Source: Patescibacteria group bacterium
GTDB lineage: Bacteria; Patescibacteriota; Patescibacteriia; GWA2-46-9
Length of the DNA stretch: 64,000 bases
Assembly: GCA_041660005.1 (NCBI GenBank)
Contig: JBAZXG010000004.1
Coordinates: forward strand, 69,720-133,719
Direction: 5' to 3'
Shown here in pieces: positions 52,731-62,520 of the stretch (positions are counted from its first letter, which is position 1; each line of letters begins with the position of its first letter). The notes beneath the pieces were generated by a model, which did not search any database, had not been told where the DNA came from, and saw only the letters and a list, made by a program, of their open reading frames with translations. The position numbers were made by a program, and so were the translations under genes.

Positions 52731-55286
52731 ATGGACACAACACCAGAAACAGCAATAACTTTCACTAAAAATAGGCTGCTGCGATTTAGCGGCCTTGTTC
52801 TTTTGGTAGTAGTACTTTCTTTGCCAGTCTTTTTTTCAATTTTTAAAATTAACGACGCAGATACTGTCTTCTACCTTGCGGGCGGCAAACAACTACTCAA
52901 TAAGGGATTCAGCGAACAGTGTTTTTTTAGCTACGCCAGTGCTACCTGCCAGCATGGCTACAACGAATGGCTAACCTACGTCACTACCTACGTCACCTAC
53001 CTAGCTGGCGGCTGGAACGCTCTCGTTATGCTTCAGGTGGGCATCGTTCTCGCCATTTGGCTTCTTCTTCTTGTCTATCATCGCATTCGTTCGTATCGTC
53101 TTTTTACGTCAATCACTGTTCTCACCATTGCTTCGTTCATCGCCATGGAGCGATTTATGTTGCGTGCGGATCTCTTCGGCCTGTTATTTGCGGTGCTCAT
53201 TTTTATCTCCGTAAGTTTGAGTCTTAAACGAATTAAACAAAAACGACAGGGAGCATGGCGGTTTGCGCTTCTCGCTATTATGTCCCAACTTTTTTGGACA
53301 AATATGCATGGCTCCTTTCCTCTCGGATGGCTGATCACCGGTGCATTCCTCGCCGAAGAACTGTATCAAATAGTTTGGCGGCATTGGCGCGCACAAGAGC
53401 CAATAAAGATAACACAACCTTTGATTTATACATTAAAAATATTTCTGGCCAGTTTGGTGGTTAGTGTTATGAATCCTTTTGGCATCTCGGCACTGTTTTG
53501 GCCGTTTCAATTTTACTTCGGCACCGCTGAATTCCATGATCAACTTGAGTTTCTGAGCCCCTTTGCTTCGCTTAATTTTTTAACGTTTTCAGTTCACGTC
53601 TACCAAATAGCCGCCTTTGTCGTTAGTCTTCTACTTCTGGCTCGATGGAAAAAAATATCCCTTAGGGACGTCATTATTCTCGGCAGCTTTTTTTATCTTT
53701 CGACTACCGCCATTCGCTACATTGCCTTATTTGCTGTTTTTGCCGCACTCATTACGCCGACATACATTGATGATGCGATAACTGTACTTACCCAATGGGT
53801 GAAAAAAACTATCACGATTCCCCGACTCCTACCATTAATTGTTAAAGGTGCCTTCGTTGTCGGTTTTCTATTTATCGTCGGAAGAACCGAAGTAGCGCTT
53901 GCCAATAATAGATTCTATACAAACGAAATGCGTTCCAGACGGTTCGGGTTAGGGCTTTCTGAACTAGATTACCCAATTGGCGCTACTAACTTTATTTTAA
54001 ACCAACAACTGACCGGAAATATATTTAACGATTACGCCAGCGGAGCTTACCTAGACTGGGGGCTCTATCCGGCGCACCAAACATTCATTGATGGCGACAC
54101 CTACACGCTCGACTTGCTTAAACAGTATCGCGACATTGTTGCAGGAGCTATCCCTTACCAAACGATAGTCGAACAATACAATATCAACTATTTTTTGCTC
54201 TCATTTACTCACGACGACACCGCACCCCTCATTGCTTCGCTCGCAAAAGACATAGCGTGGACACCGGTCTATTTTGACGAAACATCAATCTTCTATGCCA
54301 GAAAAATTCCTGGAAATCAAAAACTTATCGACACCTATAGCATCGATTTTGCTTCGGGAAAAAACTTTGACCACGCAACTCTTCCGACGTTTCGAGAACC
54401 CACAAATACTGCCATCGGGTATGGCGCCAGAGGAAGTTTTTTTGCCACGATTGGTTTCTTTGACCTCGCCTATGACCAATTTGAACGAGCAGTTTCTGCC
54501 GACTCAGAGAATGCTCTTGCGCAATTTGGACTCGCCCGCATCGCTGACAAACTCAACAAAAGTGAAGAGGCCGAAGCAGCATACCGTAAAGCATACGAGC
54601 TCATGCCATCCTACGCAAATATTCACTATTATCTAGGGTTGCATTATTATTCGCTGAATAGCTACGATAAAGCTGCTAACGAATTCAAACGAACTCTTGC
54701 CATCAACAGTAACTACCCCGAGGCGCACTACTACTTAGGGCTAACCAACGAAGCGCAAGGTAATGTTACTGATGCGATCCAAGAATATAAAAAAGAGCTT
54801 TCGGTGAACGCCGACTCTGAAGAAGGCAGAGATGCACTTCGTCGACTTAATCAACCGTCCTTGCCCGCGGGAAACGCACAACCAACAAATAACACGAGTA
54901 GTGCAAGCGAGCAAAAGTTACAGGACGCAAAAGTCAAATTTGACCTTGGAGTTACGTTGGGACAAGAAAAAAACTTCACCGAAGCAGCTAAGGCTTTTGA
55001 ATCGTCTATCGCTCTCAGCCCACTCTCGGCCACAGCACACTTTAATCTTGGAAATACCTACTACTGGCTCGGCCGCTACAGCGACGCAGCGCGTGAGCTA
55101 GAGCAAGGCGTATCTATTGACCCAAGCCAAACTCAGATGTATCTCAATCTTGGATCGCTCTACGCCAACCAACTTCACGACTCGACAAAAGCGGTGGCTT
55201 CCTGGAAAAAATTCATCGAGCTCGCTCCCAATGACCCTGCCTCTGCTGGAGTCCGCCAACAAATAGAAGCGGCGACAAAAAAATAA
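52731..55286 (+). CDS. polytopic membrane protein with C-terminal TPR repeats (GT39/GT83-like architecture, putative glycosyltransferase)
   Basis: 851 aa; ~11 N-terminal TM helices; C-terminal ~350 aa with 7+ TPR units (AEAAYRKAYELMP..., HYYLGLTNEAQG..., HFNLGNTYYWLG...). Confidence 0.65.
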   Translation: MDTTPETAITFTKNRLLRFSGLVLLVVVLSLPVFFSIFKINDADTVFYLAGGKQLLNKGFSEQCFFSYASATCQHGYNEWLTYVTTYVTYLAGGWNALVMLQVGIVLAIWLLLLVYHRIRSYRLFTSITVLTIASFIAMERFMLRADLFGLLFAVLIFISVSLSLKRIKQKRQGAWRFALLAIMSQLFWTNMHGSFPLGWLITGAFLAEELYQIVWRHWRAQEPIKITQPLIYTLKIFLASLVVSVMNPFGISALFWPFQFYFGTAEFHDQLEFLSPFASLNFLTFSVHVYQIAAFVVSLLLLARWKKISLRDVIILGSFFYLSTTAIRYIALFAVFAALITPTYIDDAITVLTQWVKKTITIPRLLPLIVKGAFVVGFLFIVGRTEVALANNRFYTNEMRSRRFGLGLSELDYPIGATNFILNQQLTGNIFNDYASGAYLDWGLYPAHQTFIDGDTYTLDLLKQYRDIVAGAIPYQTIVEQYNINYFLLSFTHDDTAPLIASLAKDIAWTPVYFDETSIFYARKIPGNQKLIDTYSIDFASGKNFDHATLPTFREPTNTAIGYGARGSFFATIGFFDLAYDQFERAVSADSENALAQFGLARIADKLNKSEEAEAAYRKAYELMPSYANIHYYLGLHYYSLNSYDKAANEFKRTLAINSNYPEAHYYLGLTNEAQGNVTDAIQEYKKELSVNADSEEGRDALRRLNQPSLPAGNAQPTNNTSSASEQKLQDAKVKFDLGVTLGQEKNFTEAAKAFESSIALSPLSATAHFNLGNTYYWLGRYSDAARELEQGVSIDPSQTQMYLNLGSLYANQLHDSTKAVASWKKFIELAPNDPASAGVRQQIEAATKK

Positions 55287-55508
55287 ATTTTGTTATTTAG
55301 CTACGTTCTTTTTCTAGCGCAAAAATGTTGCGCCTCGTCAAAAGGCTAAACTTATCGAGAAACAGTACCCATTTAACGCGGACCCTTGCTTTTTTCAAGG
55401 GATTCATGTATCCTCTTATGTACAAAAGTACACCAACCGTGGATATCAGTCGAATGTCCGCAGAGGTCGACATTTGCGACTTATTCACAACTTATGCTTT
55501 AAAACCAT

Positions 55509-55709
55509 ATGACAGGAAAAATCAAGCGATTAGCAACTGACAAGGGATTCGGCTTTATCACACCCGACGGGTCTGATAAGGACGTTTTCTTTCACAGTTC
55601 AGCTCTCGTAGGAGTTTCGTTTACGGACCTCCACGAAGGCGACGAAGTATCGTTCGAGACCGAGGACTCTGAAAAGGGTCTCCGCGCCAAGAACGTTCAA
55701 CGCGTCTAA
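55509..55709 (+). CDS. cspA: cold-shock protein (CspA family)
   Basis: 66 aa; RNP1 KGFGFI and RNP2 VFFH motifs. Confidence 0.9.
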   Translation: MTGKIKRLATDKGFGFITPDGSDKDVFFHSSALVGVSFTDLHEGDEVSFETEDSEKGLRAKNVQRV

Positions 55710-55721
55710 GCATTGACTCAA

Positions 55722-55757
55722 ACAAAAAACCGCCCCCTCGTGGGGCGGTTTTTCGTT
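55722..55757. terminator. bidirectional rho-independent terminator (CCGCCCC-ctcgt-GGGGCGG flanked by A- and T-runs)
   Basis: 7-bp GC stem; A6 upstream and T5CGTTT downstream; sits between cspA (+) and the convergent gene ending at 55785 (-). Confidence 0.75.
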
Positions 55758-55784
55758 TGACGTCCTTTTGGCTGCGCGAGCAAC

Positions 55785-56693
55785 CTATCCTTTCGCTTCA
55801 GTGAACACTTTGTAAAACCGATAATAATGTTCACCCATTTGTTTCGCTGCTTCTTCTCGGCTCATTTTCTTGTCACGCATGGCTACCAGTGCTTCCCAAA
55901 AAACAGTGCGCCCTACTGCAAAGCCAACGACGCCATCAAGAACTGCACCGGCTCTGAGCCACAAGTCAACCTGCGCCGCATCTGCTCCGCGACCAAGCAC
56001 AATAATCGCCGCTTGAGTGCGACCTCCTACTCGTGCTTGCGCTACAACATCTGCATAATGAGCCGTCTCGGTAAAGCCTTCAATTTTCCAAATATCCGGA
56101 TCGGCTCCGCCATCTTGAATTTCTTTAATCATCCTCACCGCCAGCTCCGGTCGAATTTCTTGATCATAACGCTCTTTGTCTCCACCGACAGATTCCATCT
56201 GCGCGTCAGTTGCTGGAATTAATGGTTCAATGAGAAACTTATAACCATTGGCTTTGGAGAAATCACTAATAACTTTGAGCTTCTCTCGTTGACGGGCATT
56301 TAATGCCGCTTCGTCGTCTGGGTTATATCGAAGAAGAACCTTACTAAACGTTGGCTTAAATTTATTTAGGTGTGCGCCGAATTCGTCACCATACTCAAAA
56401 TCAAATTCCTTTTGTCCACTTTTTTCAGTGCTTACTGCTACCAAAAAACCCTTACGAACGGCGTCACTAATGACTTCACTGCCAAAACTTTCGTCAACCA
56501 AAATGGTTGCCGCACTCACTGGCACACCTAGTTTAACGCCCTGCTGGAATCCTTCGTAAATTACTTTTTTGTAATCGCAGAGTAATTTGTATTCGTCGCT
56601 CGTTAGTTCACGGTCTGCCGCACCAATAATTTTTTGAAACGAACTGCGGTGATCAAAGGGTAGAACAAAAAGCGGCTGATTGTTTTGATACAT
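55785..56693 (-). CDS. DUF2090-like protein (putative class I aldolase-like TIM barrel)
   Basis: 302 aa; N-terminal LPFDHRSSF recalls the AFDHR motif of the DUF2090/IolC-associated family; immediately downstream of glpX in the same orientation. Confidence 0.4.
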   Translation of the reverse strand: MYQNNQPLFVLPFDHRSSFQKIIGAADRELTSDEYKLLCDYKKVIYEGFQQGVKLGVPVSAATILVDESFGSEVISDAVRKGFLVAVSTEKSGQKEFDFEYGDEFGAHLNKFKPTFSKVLLRYNPDDEAALNARQREKLKVISDFSKANGYKFLIEPLIPATDAQMESVGGDKERYDQEIRPELAVRMIKEIQDGGADPDIWKIEGFTETAHYADVVAQARVGGRTQAAIIVLGRGADAAQVDLWLRAGAVLDGVVGFAVGRTVFWEALVAMRDKKMSREEAAKQMGEHYYRFYKVFTEAKG

Positions 56694-56699
56694 AATAAA

Positions 56700-57641
56700 T
56701 TAATTATCTCTATGGTGCGTCGTAATATAACGAAGCGTTTTGGACGCTCCTCGAAGCACCATGGAGTGAGTAATGATCTGATCTGACTTAAACAGCACCC
56801 CTTGTAGCATTGGGCCGGTTACTACTCCGGTTGCCGTGAAGGTCAGTTTATCCCCTTTTGCTAAGTCTTCAGCAGTGAAGATGCGATTAATGTCACCAAT
56901 GCCACACGCCCGAATTTCTTTTTCGTCTTCAGCGCTTCGTGGTTTAAATCGACAAAGAATTTCACCACCCATAATTTTGACCGGCGCAGCAGCGAGCACC
57001 GCCTCGGTACTACCACCTATTCCCATGAGGACATCAATACCACTTTCGCTCTGGCAAGTAGCTACCGCAGCAGCCACGTCCCCGTCGGTAATGAGTAACA
57101 CTCTTGCTCCCACCCGTCGAATTTCGGAAATAAGCGTTTCATGGCGCGGCCTATCTAAAACAACAACCGTAATTTCTGCAATATCTTTACTAAGAGCTTT
57201 TGCTGCTCTGGTCAAATTTTCTTCGACCGACGCATCAAGATTTATAACCTTGGCGCCCTTCGGCCCAATAGCAATCTTGTCCATATAGGTATCAGGGGCG
57301 GACAATAAACTCCCTTTGGGACCCGTCACAATGACCGCCAAAGCATTGGGTAGCCCCTTAGCAACACTGTCCGTCGCTTCAAGCGGATCGACAGCAATAT
57401 CCATTTCTGGCCCGTCACCCTTACCCACCTTTTCACCGGTATAGAGCTCTGGTGCCTCATCCTTTTTCCCCTCTCCAATAACAATAGTTCCCTTAAAATC
57501 CATTTGGTTAAACCGCGACCGCATGGCCTCAACCGCCGCACCGTCTGCGGCATGCCGGTCGCCGCGTCCCATCCAACGCGCTGCAGCAATGGCCGCCGCT
57601 TCAGTGACACGCACAAACGACAATGAAAGATTTTTGTCCAT
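56700..57641 (-). CDS. glpX: fructose-1,6-bisphosphatase class II
   Basis: 313 aa; N-terminal VTEAAAIAAARWMGRGD and conserved GlpX pattern throughout. Confidence 0.85.
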   Translation of the reverse strand: MDKNLSLSFVRVTEAAAIAAARWMGRGDRHAADGAAVEAMRSRFNQMDFKGTIVIGEGKKDEAPELYTGEKVGKGDGPEMDIAVDPLEATDSVAKGLPNALAVIVTGPKGSLLSAPDTYMDKIAIGPKGAKVINLDASVEENLTRAAKALSKDIAEITVVVLDRPRHETLISEIRRVGARVLLITDGDVAAAVATCQSESGIDVLMGIGGSTEAVLAAAPVKIMGGEILCRFKPRSAEDEKEIRACGIGDINRIFTAEDLAKGDKLTFTATGVVTGPMLQGVLFKSDQIITHSMVLRGASKTLRYITTHHRDN

Positions 57642-57733
57642 GCTATTTATTCACTTATTGAGAGTATTCGAAGGTCAACAATGTCAACTGGATATTACAC
57701 TATCCAAGAAAGTCCTCAGTAACCGAAAATTCT

Positions 57734-58888
57734 TTACCGCCACTCTCTGATACTCTCCACCTTCACTTTTGTCACGGCGCCAATGGCCATCAGCAACAAC
57801 CCAAATTGCACTAACCAGCCGAGAAGCGGCACGAATCCTAGGCAAAAATAAACAGCAACGCCCAAAAGAAGCGTCTTCCATGATACGTCCACTGTTGTTT
57901 GCTTCGTAATGAGCTTAAAGAGAAAACTTCCAAGAAGTATCGGCGCAAGAAAACTGGAGAAAATTAATCCGGCAACAAAACCAATAATACCAAGAACACC
58001 GAATGGGATACCGACAACTGTTATCAGTAGAAAAACCGATACTATCGGCAGCACGATCATGACAACAGCACCTCTGCCTAGTTCTGTAAGTGGGCTATGA
58101 TAAACATTCTTCGTAATCTCTAGTGCATACTTTCGAAGCAAAAGCCCTACCACAAAAGCTCCAACGAGAAGAATGAGCAGCTTCATCACGGCAAAAGCAG
58201 CAATAAATGAACGTGCTTCTTTTCTCAATCCCTCACGCGCCAAAGTCTGCGGCGTATAATGAACCGTTCCTATAATCTGCCCACCGGGTACGATCACGAC
58301 CTCTTGAGATGATTTATACGTTAAATTTCCGGAGAGTATGGCCTTACTCCCGAGCGTCAGCTTTTCTGCAACAACATCAACGTCTCCTGCGATTGGTGCA
58401 TTAATATAAAGTTCTCCGCCAGCGAAACGAACTTTGCCTTGAACCGGTGAATCAATGCGCACTGAACCTCCGGCAACAACCACATCTCTTCCAACTTCAC
58501 CACCGGTAAGAAGAAGTTGACCACCCGCACCAACCACATCGTTTTTGACTTTACTTTCTATTGTGATATTACCACCCAAGACGCGAACGCTTCCGCCAAC
58601 ACTACCAAAAAAAGTAATAGTTCCACCAGCGGCGTTGACAGACTGACTTACTGGTCCGGTTACAACAACATTACCACCGGCAGTCACTATGTCTCCTTCA
58701 ATCGAACCAGAGCTGTTGACGCTACTACCTACCATGTAGAGATCGTCCTTAACGGTCTCAGCGCTCCCCACGGCAGTTTGCTCTCCGCTTCTTAACTCAG
58801 CAGCAAAGCTCGCGACTGGCAAAGTAGCAAAAATAAGAGCCGTCAATGCAAACCAAAGCGAAATCCGAGAAAATAGTTTAGTTTTCAT
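57734..58888 (-). CDS. secreted beta-helical repeat protein (bactofilin/DUF4097-like) with C-terminal multi-TM domain
   Basis: 384 aa; signal peptide; ~200 aa of G/V/A-rich repeats (GG.V.V.G.V...AGG.I...G.VGG.V.V.GG); C-terminal 5 TM helices. Confidence 0.45.
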   Translation of the reverse strand: MKTKLFSRISLWFALTALIFATLPVASFAAELRSGEQTAVGSAETVKDDLYMVGSSVNSSGSIEGDIVTAGGNVVVTGPVSQSVNAAGGTITFFGSVGGSVRVLGGNITIESKVKNDVVGAGGQLLLTGGEVGRDVVVAGGSVRIDSPVQGKVRFAGGELYINAPIAGDVDVVAEKLTLGSKAILSGNLTYKSSQEVVIVPGGQIIGTVHYTPQTLAREGLRKEARSFIAAFAVMKLLILLVGAFVVGLLLRKYALEITKNVYHSPLTELGRGAVVMIVLPIVSVFLLITVVGIPFGVLGIIGFVAGLIFSSFLAPILLGSFLFKLITKQTTVDVSWKTLLLGVAVYFCLGFVPLLGWLVQFGLLLMAIGAVTKVKVESIREWR

Positions 58889-59021
58889 ATTTTATAAATA
58901 AAGAATACGGCTGCTTAAACTATAGCAAAAAAAGCTTTGTACACGAAGTGATGGAAACTTAACCCAAAAAAACATCGCTTTGCCAATGATTTCTAAAAAC
59001 CCTACTGCAAGTGTAAAAAAG

Positions 59022-59420
59022 CTAACTGACCGTTAAAAGTTTTTCTGATATGTAGCCAGTTAATGCCAACTGCAAAATTGGCGTCAGCCCTACGTTAAGG
59101 ATTGGAACAATTGGCATGAATGCGGTGTATGCCCAGCGACCGGTTTCTAAGGCCCATAGTTCAATAACGATCGCTATAATGAGTCCACCAGTGACAACTA
59201 CAGTCGATTTATTTAATTTAAACTTTTGAGCTAGCAGTGCTAAAGCTAAAATAACTATCGCATCAACCAGTGCCGCTCTCAATAAAACAAAAGGTGTTAT
59301 TGCCCCGCCCTGATAATGAACATACAACACACTATGTGTCGTTTCCCATACCCAGTTCAAAATGAGCGCAAAGAGAAACAGAAAAATAAATTTTTTTGGA
59401 TTCCTCCCTATTTCATGCAT
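59022..59420 (-). CDS. small polytopic membrane protein
   Basis: 132 aa; 4 predicted TM helices. Confidence 0.45.
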   Translation of the reverse strand: MHEIGRNPKKFIFLFLFALILNWVWETTHSVLYVHYQGGAITPFVLLRAALVDAIVILALALLAQKFKLNKSTVVVTGGLIIAIVIELWALETGRWAYTAFMPIVPILNVGLTPILQLALTGYISEKLLTVS

Positions 59421-59441
59421 TACAACCGCGAAGCTTACCGT

Positions 59442-59822
59442 CTAAATTTTTTTGAATTGTTTTTTGCGCCACCCAACAAGTGACGGAAGCACAAAAGTCA
59501 AAGCGTAATAAACATAAACGTCTGGCTTATAGTACCCATCAGCCGGCTGCAGCATTTTGACCAAGAAAAAATAATCAAAGACTATAGCGATAAGCACCCA
59601 TACAACTGCAAGTAAAATATAATACTTGAGTGAGTCCCCTTTTACTTTTTTAAACAACACCCAAAGGGTGATAACGGTCCCGACTGGCATAATATACCAG
59701 CCAATCATTGCAGGTGGCACCATTGAGAAAAGAACCATCCCTAAGATGTAGCCGATGAGCCAAAGAACAAACCCCCAACCAAAAGCGTCTTTGAGAAATT
59801 GCTTACCGAGAAATAACTGCAT
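59442..59822 (-). CDS. small polytopic membrane protein
   Basis: 126 aa; 4 predicted TM helices. Confidence 0.45.
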   Translation of the reverse strand: MQLFLGKQFLKDAFGWGFVLWLIGYILGMVLFSMVPPAMIGWYIMPVGTVITLWVLFKKVKGDSLKYYILLAVVWVLIAIVFDYFFLVKMLQPADGYYKPDVYVYYALTFVLPSLVGWRKKQFKKI

Positions 59823-59842
59823 AGATTAAATTATAGATTACA

Positions 59843-61279
59843 TTAAAATTTGTGCCAAAGAACCTGGTTCGTTACTTCGTGGTGATAAATTATTTCAGAT
59901 GGTTTTATGGTCGTTCCCAATGCTTTCGGGCTGCGATCGGCGGCCATTTGCTTAAACTCAACATACTTTTCCTGGTTGACCTCATCGATAATTTTTCCGA
60001 CAAATTCACTTGCTTTAAACAATTTTATCGCGTCATTGATATTGTCTGGTAAAACACGAACTCTATCTCGTTTGCCCTTATCTTTAACTAAGAGTTTCCC
60101 TTCAAGTCCTGTTCGAAGAATCGTATAAAATGCCAAGTATGGATTGGCGTCTGGTGCCACAGAGCGAATTTCAATGCGGGTCGATTGCTCGTTCCCTACA
60201 GGGATACGGATCATAGAACCACGATCAATGGGCGAAACTTTGATCTGATTTGGTGCTTCAAAATGCGGATCAAGCCGACGATACGCATTGACGCTTGAAT
60301 TAAGAGTAAGGCAAATTTCAGATGCGTGGTTTAAAATTCGCGAAATAAAGTCCCGGGCGGTGTCTGATAAACTTTCTTTTCCACGTGCGTTATAAAAAAT
60401 ATTTTTTCCATTCTTGGCAAGAGAAAGATTGGTGTGCATGCCAGAACCATTAATGCCAATAAATGGCTTAGGTAAAAACGTTGCGGTCATGCCTAAGTTA
60501 TTAGCAACTTGTCGGCAAACAAGCTTATAGAGTTGTACATTGTCGGCAGCTCGCACAATATCGCTATAAGAAAAGTTCATTTCAAATTGCGAGGGAGCAA
60601 CTTCAGGGTGATCTTTCTCGTTTCTAAACCCCATGGCGCGCTGTGCCTCTGCTGCCCGGTCAATAAACTGACGCAATCTATCCAACGGTAAGGAGTGGTA
60701 GTAACCGCCGGTTGAAATAAACTGAAAGGAGTTTGTTTCTTCGTACTTTTGTTCAGAGTTTATTCCGTCAACCAAAAACCCTTCTACTTCGGCCGCTACG
60801 TTCACAGTAATCCCACGTTTTTTCTTAAGCTCTTCAGTGTAGAGTTTCAGCCGACTACGAAAATCGGAAACATACGGTTCACGATTTCTGTCGAGTACAT
60901 CGACAAATATAATAACTTTGCCAGAACCAAAAACATCTGCTGGCAAAAAACGAATACTGCCCCAATCAATGCCAAGGCGCAAATCAGATTCCTGTTGCTG
61001 ACTGAACCCGCGAATGGAAGACCCGTCGAATGTTAAGTTGTTGGCTGAATCCAGCAAGAATCTCTTGTCATAATCCAACATGTGAAAACGGCCCTCAAGG
61101 TCAGTAAAACAAACCGTTACGGCTTTAATGCTCTTTTCTTTTTCTAAATAGGCGCGGTATTCCTTTTCAAGTTCCTTGTTACTCAATTTTTCCGCATGCT
61201 CTTTGGCACGCAAATTCATCACTTCGAGATTATCATAGGGAATTTCTAAAAAGCTCTTCAATTTATTATCTTTTTCCAT
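59843..61279 (-). CDS. glnA: glutamine synthetase (type I-like)
   Basis: 478 aa; motifs HPEVAPSQFE, GSGMHTNLS, RIPVG...RIEIRSVAPDANPYLA. Confidence 0.9.
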   Translation of the reverse strand: MEKDNKLKSFLEIPYDNLEVMNLRAKEHAEKLSNKELEKEYRAYLEKEKSIKAVTVCFTDLEGRFHMLDYDKRFLLDSANNLTFDGSSIRGFSQQQESDLRLGIDWGSIRFLPADVFGSGKVIIFVDVLDRNREPYVSDFRSRLKLYTEELKKKRGITVNVAAEVEGFLVDGINSEQKYEETNSFQFISTGGYYHSLPLDRLRQFIDRAAEAQRAMGFRNEKDHPEVAPSQFEMNFSYSDIVRAADNVQLYKLVCRQVANNLGMTATFLPKPFIGINGSGMHTNLSLAKNGKNIFYNARGKESLSDTARDFISRILNHASEICLTLNSSVNAYRRLDPHFEAPNQIKVSPIDRGSMIRIPVGNEQSTRIEIRSVAPDANPYLAFYTILRTGLEGKLLVKDKGKRDRVRVLPDNINDAIKLFKASEFVGKIIDEVNQEKYVEFKQMAADRSPKALGTTIKPSEIIYHHEVTNQVLWHKF

Positions 61280-61454
61280 ATTTAAACTATCTTAATGAAT
61301 ATTTAATATAAAAAAGCTTTACTTTAATTTTATTATGAAACAACTTAATATAAATGTCTTGTGGATAACTGCTGATGATATTTTATGCTCAAATAATGCT
61401 TTTTAATAAAGGTGCCGTTTGGGCATTAGCTATGACAAAGTAGTAAAAAGACGA

Positions 61455-61489
61455 GGGGCGGGAGGTCAGCGTTGCTGACATCCCGCCCC
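61455..61489 (-). terminator. GC hairpin terminator (GGGGCGGGA.GGTCAGC / GCTGAC.TCCCGCCCC) downstream of the island-3 operon
   Basis: 15 bp of pairing with one mismatch and a 3-nt loop; on the minus strand followed by CGTCTTTTTACTAC. Confidence 0.6.
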
Positions 61490-61510
61490 TTCGACGTCGC
61501 GGCTTGGCGG

Positions 61511-62029
61511 CTACTCGAGCAGCAACCAACCCCTGTGCTTCAGTGAAAAACACCTCCCACAGAGATCAGGTACCGGCTCCGAATGGGCTTCCGGCAAAAC
61601 GCCGCTGATGTCGCCACAGGAACGACAGTAGTAGGTCATGGGTGACCCAGCAGGAAGAGCGCTGTTGTCCACTCGCTTCCTTCCGGCGTTCTTGGAGCGA
61701 CGTGCTTCCAGCTGTCGCAGGGCCTCCTCGCGTTCTGCGTCCGGCATCTTCATCCCGAGAAGTGGCAGTAGCACTTGCCGCCACTGATGAACAGTCGCGT
61801 AAACGCCGTTGATCTTGAGAGTATCCGTATGCGGGTCGCCGGTAGGACGCTCCTCGTAGCAGATCTCGAGGCGCTCCTTGCAGCCACACCGGATGAGATC
61901 GCGCGGACCCACACGTCGCGGTGTTCCGCCCTGTCGTATGGGACCGTGGTCATGCGCCTGACGAGTGGTGATTCGCAGCGGCAGCGCAGCGAAACCCACA
62001 TCTTCTGTTACCTTTCTGGTTATTGTCAC
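61511..62029 (-). CDS. hypothetical protein with C-terminal zinc-ribbon (CxxC-x17-CxxC), high-GC island 3
   Basis: 172 aa; GTG start 4 nt after AAGGAGG; ~62% GC; C-terminal YYCRSCGD...LCGRCF. Confidence 0.55.
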   Translation of the reverse strand: MTITRKVTEDVGFAALPLRITTRQAHDHGPIRQGGTPRRVGPRDLIRCGCKERLEICYEERPTGDPHTDTLKINGVYATVHQWRQVLLPLLGMKMPDAEREEALRQLEARRSKNAGRKRVDNSALPAGSPMTYYCRSCGDISGVLPEAHSEPVPDLCGRCFSLKHRGWLLLE

Positions 62030-62094
62030 AGTTCCTCCTTGCAGACGTCATGTCTGCAGGTCTTCGAGCCAGATCCGAACATGCTCCGGATCCA

Positions 62095-62271
62095 TTAATT
62101 CAGAGAAGAACAGCGAAGCTGCCTCCCCCATGATTGCTTCTGCGTCAGCCCACCGAGAATCTTCCCCCTGCTTGCTCGTCGCTTCGCTTCGGCGACGGCT
62201 ACTTCCTTCGTGGAAGCAAACTCGGGATGCTCGTTGCAAAACTTCTCTATATTTCGAACTGAAACGGACAT
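62095..62271 (-). CDS. small hypothetical protein (58 aa), first gene of the island-3 two-gene cassette
   Basis: ATG at 62271 preceded by AAAGGAGGT with 6-nt spacing; the track's longer ORF extends upstream without an RBS. Confidence 0.45.
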   Translation of the reverse strand: MSVSVRNIEKFCNEHPEFASTKEVAVAEAKRRASRGKILGGLTQKQSWGRQLRCSSLN

Positions 62272-62520
62272 GACATCACCTCCTTTGTGCCCGTCTATTC
62301 TTTTGAAACTACGTTCCAACGAATTCTTGAACTGTCGCACCTTAGATAAAAATCGCCTCCTTATCAATCATTCGAATTATTACAACGACAATAAATAAAA
62401 ATCCTACCGCAGAAAGTGAAGAATTTATCTTTAACTCTGGTCTTCGGCTCCACTTTGATCACGAGCTCAGGGTCGAGCGATGAATGATGATCTTTAAGGA
62501 TCAAAAGAATAAATTTTCTC

